Positions 24,235-35,558 of a DNA stretch of 64,000 nt are shown here, one piece after another. A program made the translations under genes and the position numbers. Every line of letters begins with the position of its first letter. Within the stretch, counting starts at the first letter, position 1. The notes under the pieces were generated by a model. The model did not search any database, was not told where the DNA came from, and worked only from the letters and a program-made list of their open reading frames with translations. This DNA is from Somniosus microcephalus (lineage: Eukaryota): NCBI GenBank assembly GCA_052327205.1, contig CM126213.1:116994001-117058000 (forward strand), in the 5' to 3' direction.

Positions 24235-24268
24235 CAGAGTGAACCCAACATCCAAACCTCATACTCCA

Positions 24269-24386
24269 CCACCATGAGGTACCTGAGTGAACCTAGATCA
24301 TAGTCCACCATGAGGTACCTGAGTGAACCTAGATCATAGCCCACCATGAGGTACCTGAGTGAACCTAGATCATAGTCCATCATGAG
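24269..24386. repeat. 36-bp tandem repeat, ~3.3 copies
   Basis: Unit ccaccatgaggtacctgagtgaacctagatcatag(t/c) starts at 24269, 24305 and 24341, with a partial copy at 24377. Confidence 0.95.
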
Positions 24387-24711
24387 TAAGTTGCTTCAAA
24401 TTTCAACGTAATTCTGTCAGGGATTGGAAAATGAGTGGAACCTAGATCAGCTGCCTTTCCACCCCTTTTACAGCGAAAAGCAAATCGTGGTGGTGGTTGG
24501 TGGGGGGGGGGGGGAGTAGTGCTTTTTCTGTCTGCACCGGTTAAGTCTGCCAGCACTTTAGCGGGCCTGTCTGGGGGCGTTCTCTGGCTACCCTGGGAAT
24601 CCTGCCCCATGTGCCTCTGATAGTCCCAACGGAATCTACATCTGCTGAGAGCTGGTGTAGGTTTTGTTCTGGAATTAATGAAGGTCCCTACACAGCAGAA
24701 TCTAACGGCAT

Positions 24712-26265
24712 TATATATTGGGAAGACCGAAGCCATTATTTTCGGTCCCCACCACAAACTTCGTTCCCTAGCCACTGACTCCATCCCTCTCTCTAACATC
24801 TATCTGAGGCTGAACCACACTGTTCGCAACCTTGGTGTTATATTTGACCCTGAAATGAGCTTCCGACCACATATCCGCAGCATAACTAAGACCGCCTATT
24901 TCCACCTCCGTATCATCGCCCGTCTCTGCCCTTGCCTCAGCTCATCCGCTGCTGAAACCCTCATCCATGCCTTTGTTACCTCTAGACTTGACTATTCCAA
25001 TGCATTCCTGGCTGGTCTCCCACATTCTACCCTACGTAAACTTGAGGTGATCCAAAACTCGACTGCCCGTGTCCTATCTCGCACCAAATCCCGTTCACCT
25101 ATCACACCTGTGCTTGCTGACCTACATTGGCTCCCGGTTAAGCAACGCTTCGATTTCAAAATTCCTGTTTTCAAATCCCTCCATGGCCTCACCCATCCCT
25201 ATCTCTGTAATCTCCTCCAGCCACACAACCAACGCCCCCCCCCCCCCCCCCCCCCGGAGATATCTGCGCTCCTCTAATTCTGCCCTCTTGAGCATCCCTG
25301 ATTATAATCGCTTAACCATTGGTGGCCGTGCCTTCTGTTGCCTAGGCCCTAAGCTCTGGAATTCCCTGCCTAAACCTCTCTGCCTCTATACCGCTCTTTC
25401 CTCCTTTAAGATGCACCTTAAAACCTACCTCTTTGACCAAGCTTTGTGGCTCGGTGACAACTTTTTTTTTGTCTTATAATACTCCTGTGAAGCGCCTTGA
25501 GACGTTTTACTACATTAAAGACACTATGGGGGAGAAATTGGGTGAGTAGCGCCACCTGTTAGCGCCTAAAGAGGCAGGCAGTGGCTGTAGCGCCACTGGC
25601 TGCACCTCCCACGATATTCAGGAGGGGCGCTAATGGTGGCGTTAGCCTGTTGCGCTGCGCCGCCACCGATGACGTCATTGGTGTGCGCAGTGCCCCATTT
25701 GCGCCCCGTTCGCGATATTTGGTAGCGAACGCCGCAGTTGCGCCGTTCGCTACCCGCGCCCGGTTCACGGGGCCTTACTGTGCCAGCAGCGGCGCAAGTT
25801 AAGGTGGAGGTGTGGGGCGGCCGCTTTTTCGGCGGCCGCCTGCCAGCACCTCCGTCCCCGGCCTCCTAACCGCCCCTCCCCCCCGCGGCATTGCCGGCTG
25901 TTTCCCGAGAGCCCGGCACTTCTCCTTGGTGCCGGGCTCATTTGCCGGCACTCGCGAGCGGGGATTGCGCTGTTGCAGACACCTCCCCCTTAACAGTGGG
26001 AGGAAGGCCTGCAGTACCGCAGCGTGCCGTGCTGCAGCGTGTGGCGCTGCGGCACGTTGCACTGCGATAATCAGTTTCAGCGCCCTAAGAGGGATGCGGA
26101 GCCCCTCGAGCCTCGCCCCGTGTCCCTCGAGGGGCACTGAAATGGAATTTCTGGCGATCGGTATTACTCCGATCGCTGCACTAAATCCTGCGCTCAGGCA
26201 ACTTTTGCGCCACTTTGGCGCCCCAACCCAATTTCTAGGCCTATATAAATACAAGTTGTTGTTGT
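24712..26265 (+). mobile_element. L2-clade LINE 3' fragment (RT C-terminus); tail split by the MITE at 25528-26241
   Basis: KTEAIIFG..VRNLGVIFDPEMSF..LIHAFVTSRLDYSNA..HWLPVKQR. The tail resumes after the MITE as tatataaatacaagttgttgttgt. Confidence 0.93.
25528..26241. mobile_element. GC-rich MITE, PIF/Harbinger-like (714 bp)
   Basis: TIRs GGGGGAGAAATTGGGT / ACCCAATTTCTAGGCC, 3-bp TSD tat, many intact CpGs. Confidence 0.85.
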
Positions 26266-27609
26266 GCTAGGTGGCTCTAATGTCTTGCCCAAAAACCTTA
26301 ATTTTCAGGCCGAACTGACTCCCACATGGAGCAGCAGGGTACCACTCCACACAATGAGTGCCCAGTGCTATTAGTTAAATAAACCTGTCCCTGGGATTTG
26401 GGGTGGGATCAAGATGACAGCTGAGTTGGCGGGTGGGCAGAAGTTCTGCCCTGCTGCATTTCTAGTGGTGTGATGCCACCGCAGAATTTGTAGGCTGCCA
26501 CCTGTAATCACTGGATAGATTTGAATCGTTATATGTTAGAATTTTCATGGATTAGTTGTACAGAAAGTATTTATATGCAATAGCTACAATGCTATATATG
26601 AATGAAAGTCTGTGAAAAAACTTCAGTTTTATAAAATGGACAATTCAGCAACTGTGGCTCATTTACATGGAAGCTCTATTCCTGTTGTCTTCATATTTAA
26701 GTACAACAATTCATTCATAAAGTAATTATCAACCTCCCTAAAGTAATATTCATAAGTTAAATTAATCAACTAAATGCACCTTGCTTTATGAAAGTTCCTT
26801 CATTTCTCAAAAGTGTTATTTCATTGATCTTTTAATTAAATGTGTTAATTAATTTTTATATCTTTTTAAATTTGTTGTTACTTATATTTTTTAATTAGTC
26901 GTGTTTTATTTGGTAGATGATTACAGTTCTAATGCATTAATCAGACTTATTTTTAATAAATATTTTGTCCTCCAGAAACTAAAGATTAATGTAATGAAAA
27001 TAAAATCATATACAACACTATTGCAATAAAGTTAATTCAATTGTTGCCAAGGGTTTTTGTGTTAATTATTTATACATTTTCAAAATAAAACAATGTCTTC
27101 CAAAACTTCAAATACAGCATTTAAAGCAAATTGTAATTTGATCCAGCAACTCTTACCCTACAGTTGAAACAGAATATTGTTTGATAAGAATGGTGCTGCT
27201 TTAGCTTATTTGCATTTAAAGATAACCTTTTGTGTGGGCAAGTATAAATTTTTAAAATCTTGCCATAGATAAGCAAGGGGTGAGGCACAGTAATTACAGT
27301 TGTAGGGAATACAACACATTAAATGATGGCTTGGCTGGGAAAGTGTGGGAATCAATTGACAAGTGAACAAAAATAAAATAATTTAAATCTTAGCACCTGA
27401 GCATCTTTGTTCATTCCAGAGGTAAATTTGATGTGACAACATTTATACGATGGCTTAATAAAGCAAGAAGCAGATATTAGCAGACAAAGTTTTGATATAG
27501 TTTGGGAATAATTCGCGAGAGGAGAAAATTAGTTTCTCCTAGTTTTGGCCTTAGAGTAAAGGTCTTCACATAGTTTAATGCTTCCATCTTTCCTTTATTT
27601 TTTCCCATT

Positions 27610-28000
27610 TAAATCATGATAAATGTTGTTATTAAACTCACAAAAGGAAATATGGACCAGTTAGCATCAGCAGTCGGACAGCTGTTAGCTGTCTATCAGC
27701 CACCTGAAGTGGACAAGCAGACCAGGAGCGAGAATGTCACTCCTTTGATCTGGCAAAGAGCAGCTGCTGATTTATGTACCAGGACTTTGTTCTTCTGTTC
27801 TATTTTACTTTCTTTCCTAAGGCAGAACCACGAAATCTGGTGGAAACTGCTCTGTTCACTGCAACATCAACAAGCTCTGACAACTGCAACAGGCTTTCGT
27901 TGGCTCGGAGACAGCTCTCAGGCATCTCTTCTGATGCTCACCTTTCGAGATTCAGTTGTTATTGTTCAATTTAACTTCTGTACATTGAATGGACTGTGGC
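27610..28000. promoter_or_regulatory. Candidate intronic enhancer
   Basis: TGATAAAT at 27617, CCTTTGAT (TCF/LEF) at 27742, TGATTTAT at 27768, and CAGCTG E-boxes. Confidence 0.35.
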
Positions 28001-31000
28001 CAACACGCCTGGGGCATAAACACACCTGTATGAAAGGAGCCTTATTGTGGCAACCATCTCGTCCAACCTGCATACACACTACCCATTTCCATAGCAAGAA
28101 AGAATGCTCCATCCTCCCCAATGGCAAATCTTGCCTGAAGTGTACTTCATTTTTCTGCTGACCTCTAAAGCCTTATCCACAGTCAAGAACATTTTTCCTT
28201 TTTTTATTTATTAAGGCTATAAGACCTAAAGAATGGGGATTAGAGAGGTTACTTTATATTTCTCTGTCTGTCAGTCACCAAAAAAAATCTCTCGGGATTC
28301 ATAGAACAAATCAGAATGACGATCCCTTTCTAGGGGTAGCTCCATTAACCCAAGCCCCCAAAACGTTGACACTTGCTATCTTGACATGTATATTGCTGAA
28401 GCAAAATCACCTCTTCACCATTAGTATATGTCACCATACACATCTTTCACTTTAGGTGTAGTGTTAGGCCAGCTTGTAGTTTGCAGAGCGCAGCATAGAC
28501 ATTTTCCTGAAAGAATTTTGGATGACCCAATGGATATTTCTTTTTGCAGATAATTCTGATGTGGTTAAGCTGCTTTGCTATTAATCATCCATGATGATAA
28601 ACACTAAACGTAATCAATACTCTACTTTCATGCAGTCGTGTTAGATTACTTGATTGGATTAGAGATTATATTAATGGACTTAAACACAATAAATCCTGAA
28701 CTCAACATATATTGGGATGGATCTCAATTCTTATATTTAATTCAATATAATTTTGAGATATACATAATTTAATTAACATTGTGCACAATAGCAGCACATA
28801 GGAACTGGTTGATTATTTTAAATACAGTATTTTGTATTTTGCAGAAGTAAATCATATCTTTGTTTCTGTTTTATACTCAGCTGCTTGGCCTACCTTACAA
28901 ATCTTTGAAACCACCAGTTCAGGTCAATAAACTGAAGTGCCTGACCTCCAAGTACTCCTGCAAGTGTCATTTAGAATAAGAGCAGTGAATCAGGAGCAGA
29001 GTGGAAAATATCTCAATTATGGGACTGATTGACTCCACAGAGAGTTGTTGCTCTGTCATTACAGAAGGCAGAAGCAGCCTGCACTGTATTGGCAGAGTTT
29101 AAAATTATTATTTGCTGAGGAACAACAGCAGGGTAATTCTATACAAGACAAGGGTAAAGTGATAATTGTTTGATCAATATGCCCAACATCATTCCCATGC
29201 CCAACAGCTCCTACTCAAACTTCATATAAAATCCCATTTCGTTTTGCCGCAGCCTCTGTAAATACCATCTACACAAGGACACATCTGCACAGCTAGCAAG
29301 TAATGATCTTTAGCAACCAAATCAAAAGGTGCAACTATAGAACTAAAATTGGGTTACATCAGAATTAATGCCTCATTTCTTCATACAAGCACTGCTCACA
29401 CTTGCACTATAAAATGTATTTTAGGAGCCGTACGTAGAATGAAACACAAACACTCAACAAGGGAATGGGATCAGAGCTAAATTTGTACCTGCTGGTAGAG
29501 CACTGGATTGAAACAACAGACCAGTCAGACTTCTCCCAAATCCCAAGGCAATACCCACAAAGCCTAACTGTCAAGAAAGTGCAAATGAAAGAAGATACTG
29601 GTTGTAGAGCTGGTGTGTCAGGTTCATCCCTAAGGCCACTGAATCGAGTTTTCAGAGTCATACAACATTAGTAACATACAGTACTTTCTCTACTTTTCAC
29701 TCCTGTTTTGCCTCAAATAGGTTTGTCTGAAAGGTACTCCTCTCCAAGCCCTTACTTGTTTTAATTCCTATTGGAATGAAAGAACCAGCAGCACCTCCAC
29801 GTAAAAAAAAATTGCAGAAAGCGCTTTTTTATAAAATATGTTCGAATGATGAGGGACTTCTTATAAACAGGAAATCCCCCATACCCTTGGAGATGGCGTT
29901 AGTTTATATCAAACATAATTTTCCCAAAATGATATTCATTCACCTCCAGTCTCCAACCTCTGTCACTAAAACCTAGGTTTCTCAATTTATAAAAAAACTT
30001 CCTTTGCTGTTAGTCTGAAGTGATCTTCCCAACCATCATGGTTTCAGAGCAGAAGAATAAATGTGATGTAATGAGCCATCACTGACTCACTAACATCTTC
30101 GTGACTGATGTGCACTATTCAAATTAGCCTCTTCTCCACTTGCCAAAGTCACATAGAGTGGATTTACACAACACCGCCAGATATCAACATAATTAATGTG
30201 CGCACACACATCTCAGTGTCATCAAATTATGTCAATACATTAGCTTTTTAAAAAAAAATCCATGGATAATTTGTGCACGTTTAGACAGGGTTAAAGTGAT
30301 AATATCTGAAATATCCTAAAGGGGGTGCTATTTCGGACTTGTCAATCTCACCAGTGAATTTTTCTACACGCTTCATCAGCACTGTAGCTAAGACTATCAA
30401 ACAAGTGACTTATCTTTCAGCATTTACAGAGAAACTGAAGAAGTCGACCTACTTTGATAAAACTTTTATATCCAAGTAAAAGATAAAAGATAAAAGATAA
30501 TGGACAACCTTGAAGTACTGAAGTTCCAAATTTCTCAATACCTGGTGATGTCAGAAGTTTTTTTTGAAAGAAGGGACTTGGGTACAATGAGAGTACTGAT
30601 TTGTACTTTTTAAAACAAATTCTAAAATGTAGTTAATCATCAGGAGAACAACAAAATCAGAATATAATGTGATTGGTTTCCATATCTTTTTTCCTTGCAT
30701 TGGAGAAGTAGTTCTTATTTTGAATATTATGCTGTTTCTTTCCCCTTTGCAGACTGATAATGGCTGACCAATAGAGACCAAGGTTTCACACACAAGGGAT
30801 CAGAAACTGATGTCTAGACCTAACCACTTAAGACAGGTGACTATTAGTCCTGGTCCCTGTGGTGACAGCCTCTTAACTAACTATCTGTCTGCTCTGCATT
30901 AATATCTGCAGATTTTCTTCTAAACTCCGCTCAATCTACAAAACATGCCAGTTTAAAGCCATCAGAACTGTAGTGCACAGCTTAGTTTTTGTGAGAATAA

Positions 31001-31819
31001 GCGAAAAAAAAATCTTATTGCAGTAACTTAGCAGCATTAAGCAAAAGTGAAAGCACCCATAAGCTACAACTAAGCTGATTTTGTAAACAGACTTAGTTTT
31101 TCTACCTGACTGTTGGAAATCCATCGGCAGCACTCAACCACTGGAAGAGTTTAATTAACACATTCACAAACCACAGCCTCTATCAGAGTGGCCGATCAGG
31201 TTTGATAACATCAGACCTTCTGTGGAATCCTCTTTAATTCAATTTATCTTCACCTTTTACCAAACATGGTGTTCTACCTTAAATGCCTGTATGCTACAAG
31301 CTGACTATCATTGGTTTTACTGTTACTGATAGCCTCTTCAAAATGTGCTCTCACTTGTGAAACCAGCAGGTACTCTGGTAAACAACTGCAAGCATTTCAA
31401 ATTCCTTTTAGACTCTGCGCTCCCTTTTCCTTCTAACATCAGCAGCGCTGATAATTTTCCTTCCAAAATACAGCATTTTATTCATTTGCTATGTTATCAT
31501 AAGAATAGTGAAATATATAATGGTAGGAATCTAAAAGTGAATTGATCTGTCTGGCAATTCTATGTAATAGTACCCCAGGAGGAGGATATGCTTGAAAAGT
31601 TGCCAACTAGAACAGGTCAGCCAGTGGTTTCTGCCCTGCCAGGCATAAAAAAGTCTTGCTGAACTCCCAGGACGGTGAAGATGAGCATTGGCTCAGAAGA
31701 GATTTTAACCATACAGTAACAAGGGCACATTAAACTGGAAAATCATGTTCTTTCAACACCCCAAACTCACAATGTCAGCAGTAAAGTTTTGTCTCAATTC
31801 TGCCGTGGATTTGGATTAG

Positions 31820-32235
31820 GAATATTAGGAACAGGAGCCGGACCATTCAGCCCCCTCGAGCCTGCCCCGCTATTCAATTAGATCATGGTCGATCTATACC
31901 TCAACCCCATTTACCCGACTTAGCTCCATATCCCTTGATACCCTTACCTATCAAAAAACTATCGTTCTCAGTCTTTAAAGCTCCAATTGACCCAGCATCC
32001 ACAGCCTTTTTTTTGGGGGGGGGGGGGGGCAGCGGTGAGGGGAGAGAATTCCAGATTTCTACTGTAAAAAGGCATTTCTTGATTATGCTCCTAAATGGTC
32101 TAGTTCTAATCTTATGTCCTATTATTCTCGATACCCCAATCAGAGGAAATAGTTTCTCGCTATCAAATTATTTTAACATTTTAAACACCTCGATCAGATC
32201 ACCCTCAATCTTCTATACTCAAGGCAAGTTTATGC
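31820..32235 (-). mobile_element. Degenerate CR1 3' fragment, followed by a plus-strand SINE/L2-type tail (~32300-32415)
   Basis: aggaacaggagccggaccattcagccccctcgagcctgccccgctattcaattagatcatgg is homologous to 13775. Tail acaacagtgactaca..aaaggcactatataaat. Confidence 0.75.
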
Positions 32236-34364
32236 AACTTATCATTATTTTGAGGGTCCTTGAGCACTTTTGTTTTAAAAGGAAGAGTTTCACACAAGAT
32301 AAATTCCCAACTATCCTACAACAGTGACTACAATTCAAAAGTACTTCATTGGCTGTAAAGTGTTTTGGGGCATCCTGAGGTCATGAAAGGCACTATATAA
32401 ATCATCTTTCTTTCCTTTTATCCAATGCAAATTTGACATTAACGTTATACTGCTTTTTTACACAAATATATTCAAAGTTTATGTCACAATCGGAGTTGAA
32501 TACATTTAGTCCCATATTCCACTTAGCACGCTCTGCATAAAATGTCATATTAGACTGGAGTTATACTGCAGCAAGTGTGAGCCTAAGTGGAGTGAGCTTG
32601 CCTCCTAGAGGTGGGCGCACATCACTGAGTAGATGTGATTTGGTGACAAACCAGAATTACAGGATGCAATTTGCATTGATACTAAGCCAAAACCTCTTTG
32701 CACTGAAGCAAACTAAAAAGTTTAAACTATAAATCTCACAGGATGGGAAGGAGTTGCTGTAAAAACTTCTACACTCTGTATTCCACAAATAAAAGATAGC
32801 AGCTAGTGAGAGTAGTGCTATTTGTCCAATCAGTAAGGTGTTTCCCAAACTCATGTGTTGTATTATACAAAGACTTCTGGTAATGCAGATGTCATTAAAC
32901 AAAAGAATATTTTATTTTACAAAACGTAATGCATAACGTAGGCGAATTTAAATAGATGCTCTTTCCCCTCGCTTAACAGTTTAAAAGCACAACCTGCTAC
33001 ACCGTTCTTCGTATCTGGTTTAGTGAGTTTTATTTTGACATTATTCCTACAGCTGTTAGCTCAGAAATATCAGACTGACTGCTTTTCCCCCCCTAAATTG
33101 TTCCTTTTTATAGCCTTCGATGGCCTTTTCATCTGAGTGATGCAGTCCTTGGTCACAAATCTCACTGCTATTCCACTGTGTGACATCTTCACTCGTTTGC
33201 TGCTGCTCATTAACAAACAATACTGCTGTGAAATTGGTTTAATGACAAAGTAATAAAATTGCTATTCAACTCACAGATTGCCTGAGGCTCTTTGAGCTCC
33301 TACAAGGCTTACACTGTGTGCCAAGATGCATTAAGCTGCTTATTTGTGTACACTGCATCCTTCACTCTGTTTTAGTCTATTTTTCTCTGTCTATATTCAA
33401 TACCATTTCCTTGCTGCCACCCACCTTAAAATTAAAGTTGATTTATGCGCACAACCTGTGCCACATTGACTCTGAGTGTGCTACATCACACAACTGCCAC
33501 TGCAGATATTAATAAGAAAAAAACTTGGTACCTCAAACAAGGAAAAAAAAATCTAGCTTTAATATACAATTCTCTGTTCAGATATAATAATATTGCAATA
33601 TTAGCCCATAATTTTGACCTGTCTCTAAGCAACTGAATAATCTTTCCAGGTTCACTTTTTTTTTAATATCATGATATCTTGCTCACAAGTATTAAAGGGG
33701 CCCATGTCATGAGATATTTCAGGTTTGCAAGCCATCAATTTTTGTTTACAGACATTGATTTGTGACATTGATGTCACCACATTGACAATACTACTGCTCG
33801 ACAGGAAATAGTGTGGTTGCATCAAATATGTCTACAATAAATAGAAATGTGCTGTGCGGTTTACAGTAAAGATGTTCTGACAATTTTTTTTAAAGAGCAA
33901 GTTCATATAAAAGCAGTACGACCATAGCCCCATAGAGAATGTCAGACAAACACTATTGTTATGGTAATGGAAGAGGCTGCTCTAAGCTGCCCCCAGCATC
34001 ATATCACCTCCCCTCCTTCCATGAGATGACACAGCGCCTTTAAATATCAGTTTGCCTTTTTGCTCGGGCTATTTGAAGATTTTATTAATACAAGATGCAC
34101 GCAAACCTACAAAGCTGTTTTGCTGCCACCTGTTTTTCATAACGAGTGCCCATTTCAAAAACTACTTGGTTCCCATTTCTGGAGGCCACAACCTCCTCCT
34201 GATTCACTGTTGTTGGACAACAGTGAAATAACAAAATGGCTATGTAACAGGTGGGTAATTCCTGCTAATTATAAGCAGTCAACATTTTTATTGCTGTAAC
34301 GTAAAGAACACTGTAAGTACTTTGTTTTTTTTTGTTTCACGAAACAGGCTTTTTGCCTTTCTTA

Positions 34365-34760
34365 TAGCAGTACCTTGCATTTGTAATAATGCTCCTCATG
34401 TACATGGTTGAAGAGAAGGGTTTTAGGAGGTTTTTAAAAGCAGGAAGGGAGATGGCAAGGCAGAGTGATATGGGAAGGGAATTCCAAACAGTATAGATAC
34501 GGTGGTTGAAACAGTGGCTACCAATGGTAGAGTTGAGAAAATGGGAAACAAGGTATTGGAGGGGATAGCTGAGGCGGGGTGGGATGATTCCATGGAGTTG
34601 TTTGAAAGCAAGGATAAGGATCTTGCATTCAATTAACTTGAGCAGGGACAGCCAATGGAGCTTGGCACAGATGGGCAATGGGAATGTGGAATTTTGTGCA
34701 GATAAAGGCAGGAGCTGAGACGTTCCGAATGAACTGTAATTTGTGGGGAGTGAGGATTGG
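34365..34760 (-). mobile_element. Old L2 LINE fragment
   Basis: Degenerate ORF LHWL..IECKILILAFK..WNSLP..FKNLLK, similar to the 24712 element. Confidence 0.7.
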
Positions 34761-34764
34761 TATC

Positions 34765-35176
34765 AGCTGTGGCTCAGTGGGTAGCACTCTCACCTCTGAG
34801 TCAGAAGGTTGTGGGTTCAAACCCCACTCCAGAGATTTGAGCCCATGATCCAGGCTGACATTCCCAGTGCAGTACTGAGGGAGTGCTGCACTGTCGGAGG
34901 TGCTGCCTTTCAGATGAGATGTTAAACCAAGCTACCTCTAAGGTGAACATAAAAGGTCCCATGACACTATTCAAGGAAGGGTAGTTCTCCTGATTAACTG
35001 GCCATCATTTAGCCCTCAACCAACGTCACTAAAATAGATTATCTGGTTATTTATCTCATTGCTGTTTCATCCAAATTGACTGCCACATTTCCCTAAATCA
35101 AAACGCTCGAAAAGTAATTAATTGACTGTGAAATGCTATAGGATGTCCTGAGGTTGTGAAATGCAAGTTCTTCTTT
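34765..35176 (+). mobile_element. tRNA-derived Deu-domain SINE (SacSINE1/AmnSINE1-like)
   Basis: A box TGGCTCAGTGG at 34770 and B box GGTTCAAACCC at 34814. Core ctgagggagtgctgcactgtcggaggtgc..gatgagatgttaaacc; L2-type tail. Confidence 0.85.
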
Positions 35177-35494
35177 GTCTTATGCCTCTGTGGAACATTT
35201 TTCAATATTAAAGGTGCTATAGAAATGCAAGTTGTTGTAACCAGAAATGTACTAGTTTTAGTCGGAGGGCTCCTGTCACTTCAAACTCTCTTGTTTTTTG
35301 TTCAGCAAGTTTTGCTGGTTCTGAATGGGATGCACTGCAGCACAATAGAGACTTTTATCGTCTCTAGAGGGAAGAAAAAAAACCCTGATATTTTCTATCT
35401 TTCCCTACTTGAATGATGTGTTATCATTAGAACAGACATGAAGAAGTCCCGTGTCAACACCATCTGCTTTCCTCATTTGAAAGAGCCCTATGAA

Positions 35495-35558
35495 TGGGCG
35501 GGGGTGGTGGGGTGGGGGCTGAACTGTGGGCGGGGGTGGTGGGGTGGGGGCTGAACTG
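35495..35558 (+). repeat. Perfect 32-bp G-rich tandem duplication (G-quadruplex-capable)
   Basis: tgggcgggggtggtggggtgggggctgaactg occurs twice in tandem. Confidence 0.9.

Noticed and set aside
24269-24386. 36-bp repeats resembling a CRISPR array
   Set aside because: The repeats are head-to-tail with no unique spacers, there are no cas genes, and the context is a eukaryotic intron.
25559-26270. Overlapping 150-aa Ala/Arg/Gly-rich ORFs and apparent CpG island
   Set aside because: They lie within a GC-rich MITE with TIRs and a TSD.
27616-28161. 181-aa plus-strand ORF
   Set aside because: No recognisable domain or exon structure, and it is antisense within an intron; compatible with chance.
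34765-34835. tRNA gene
   Set aside because: A and B boxes are present, but the sequence continues into a SINE core and tail with no clean cloverleaf.
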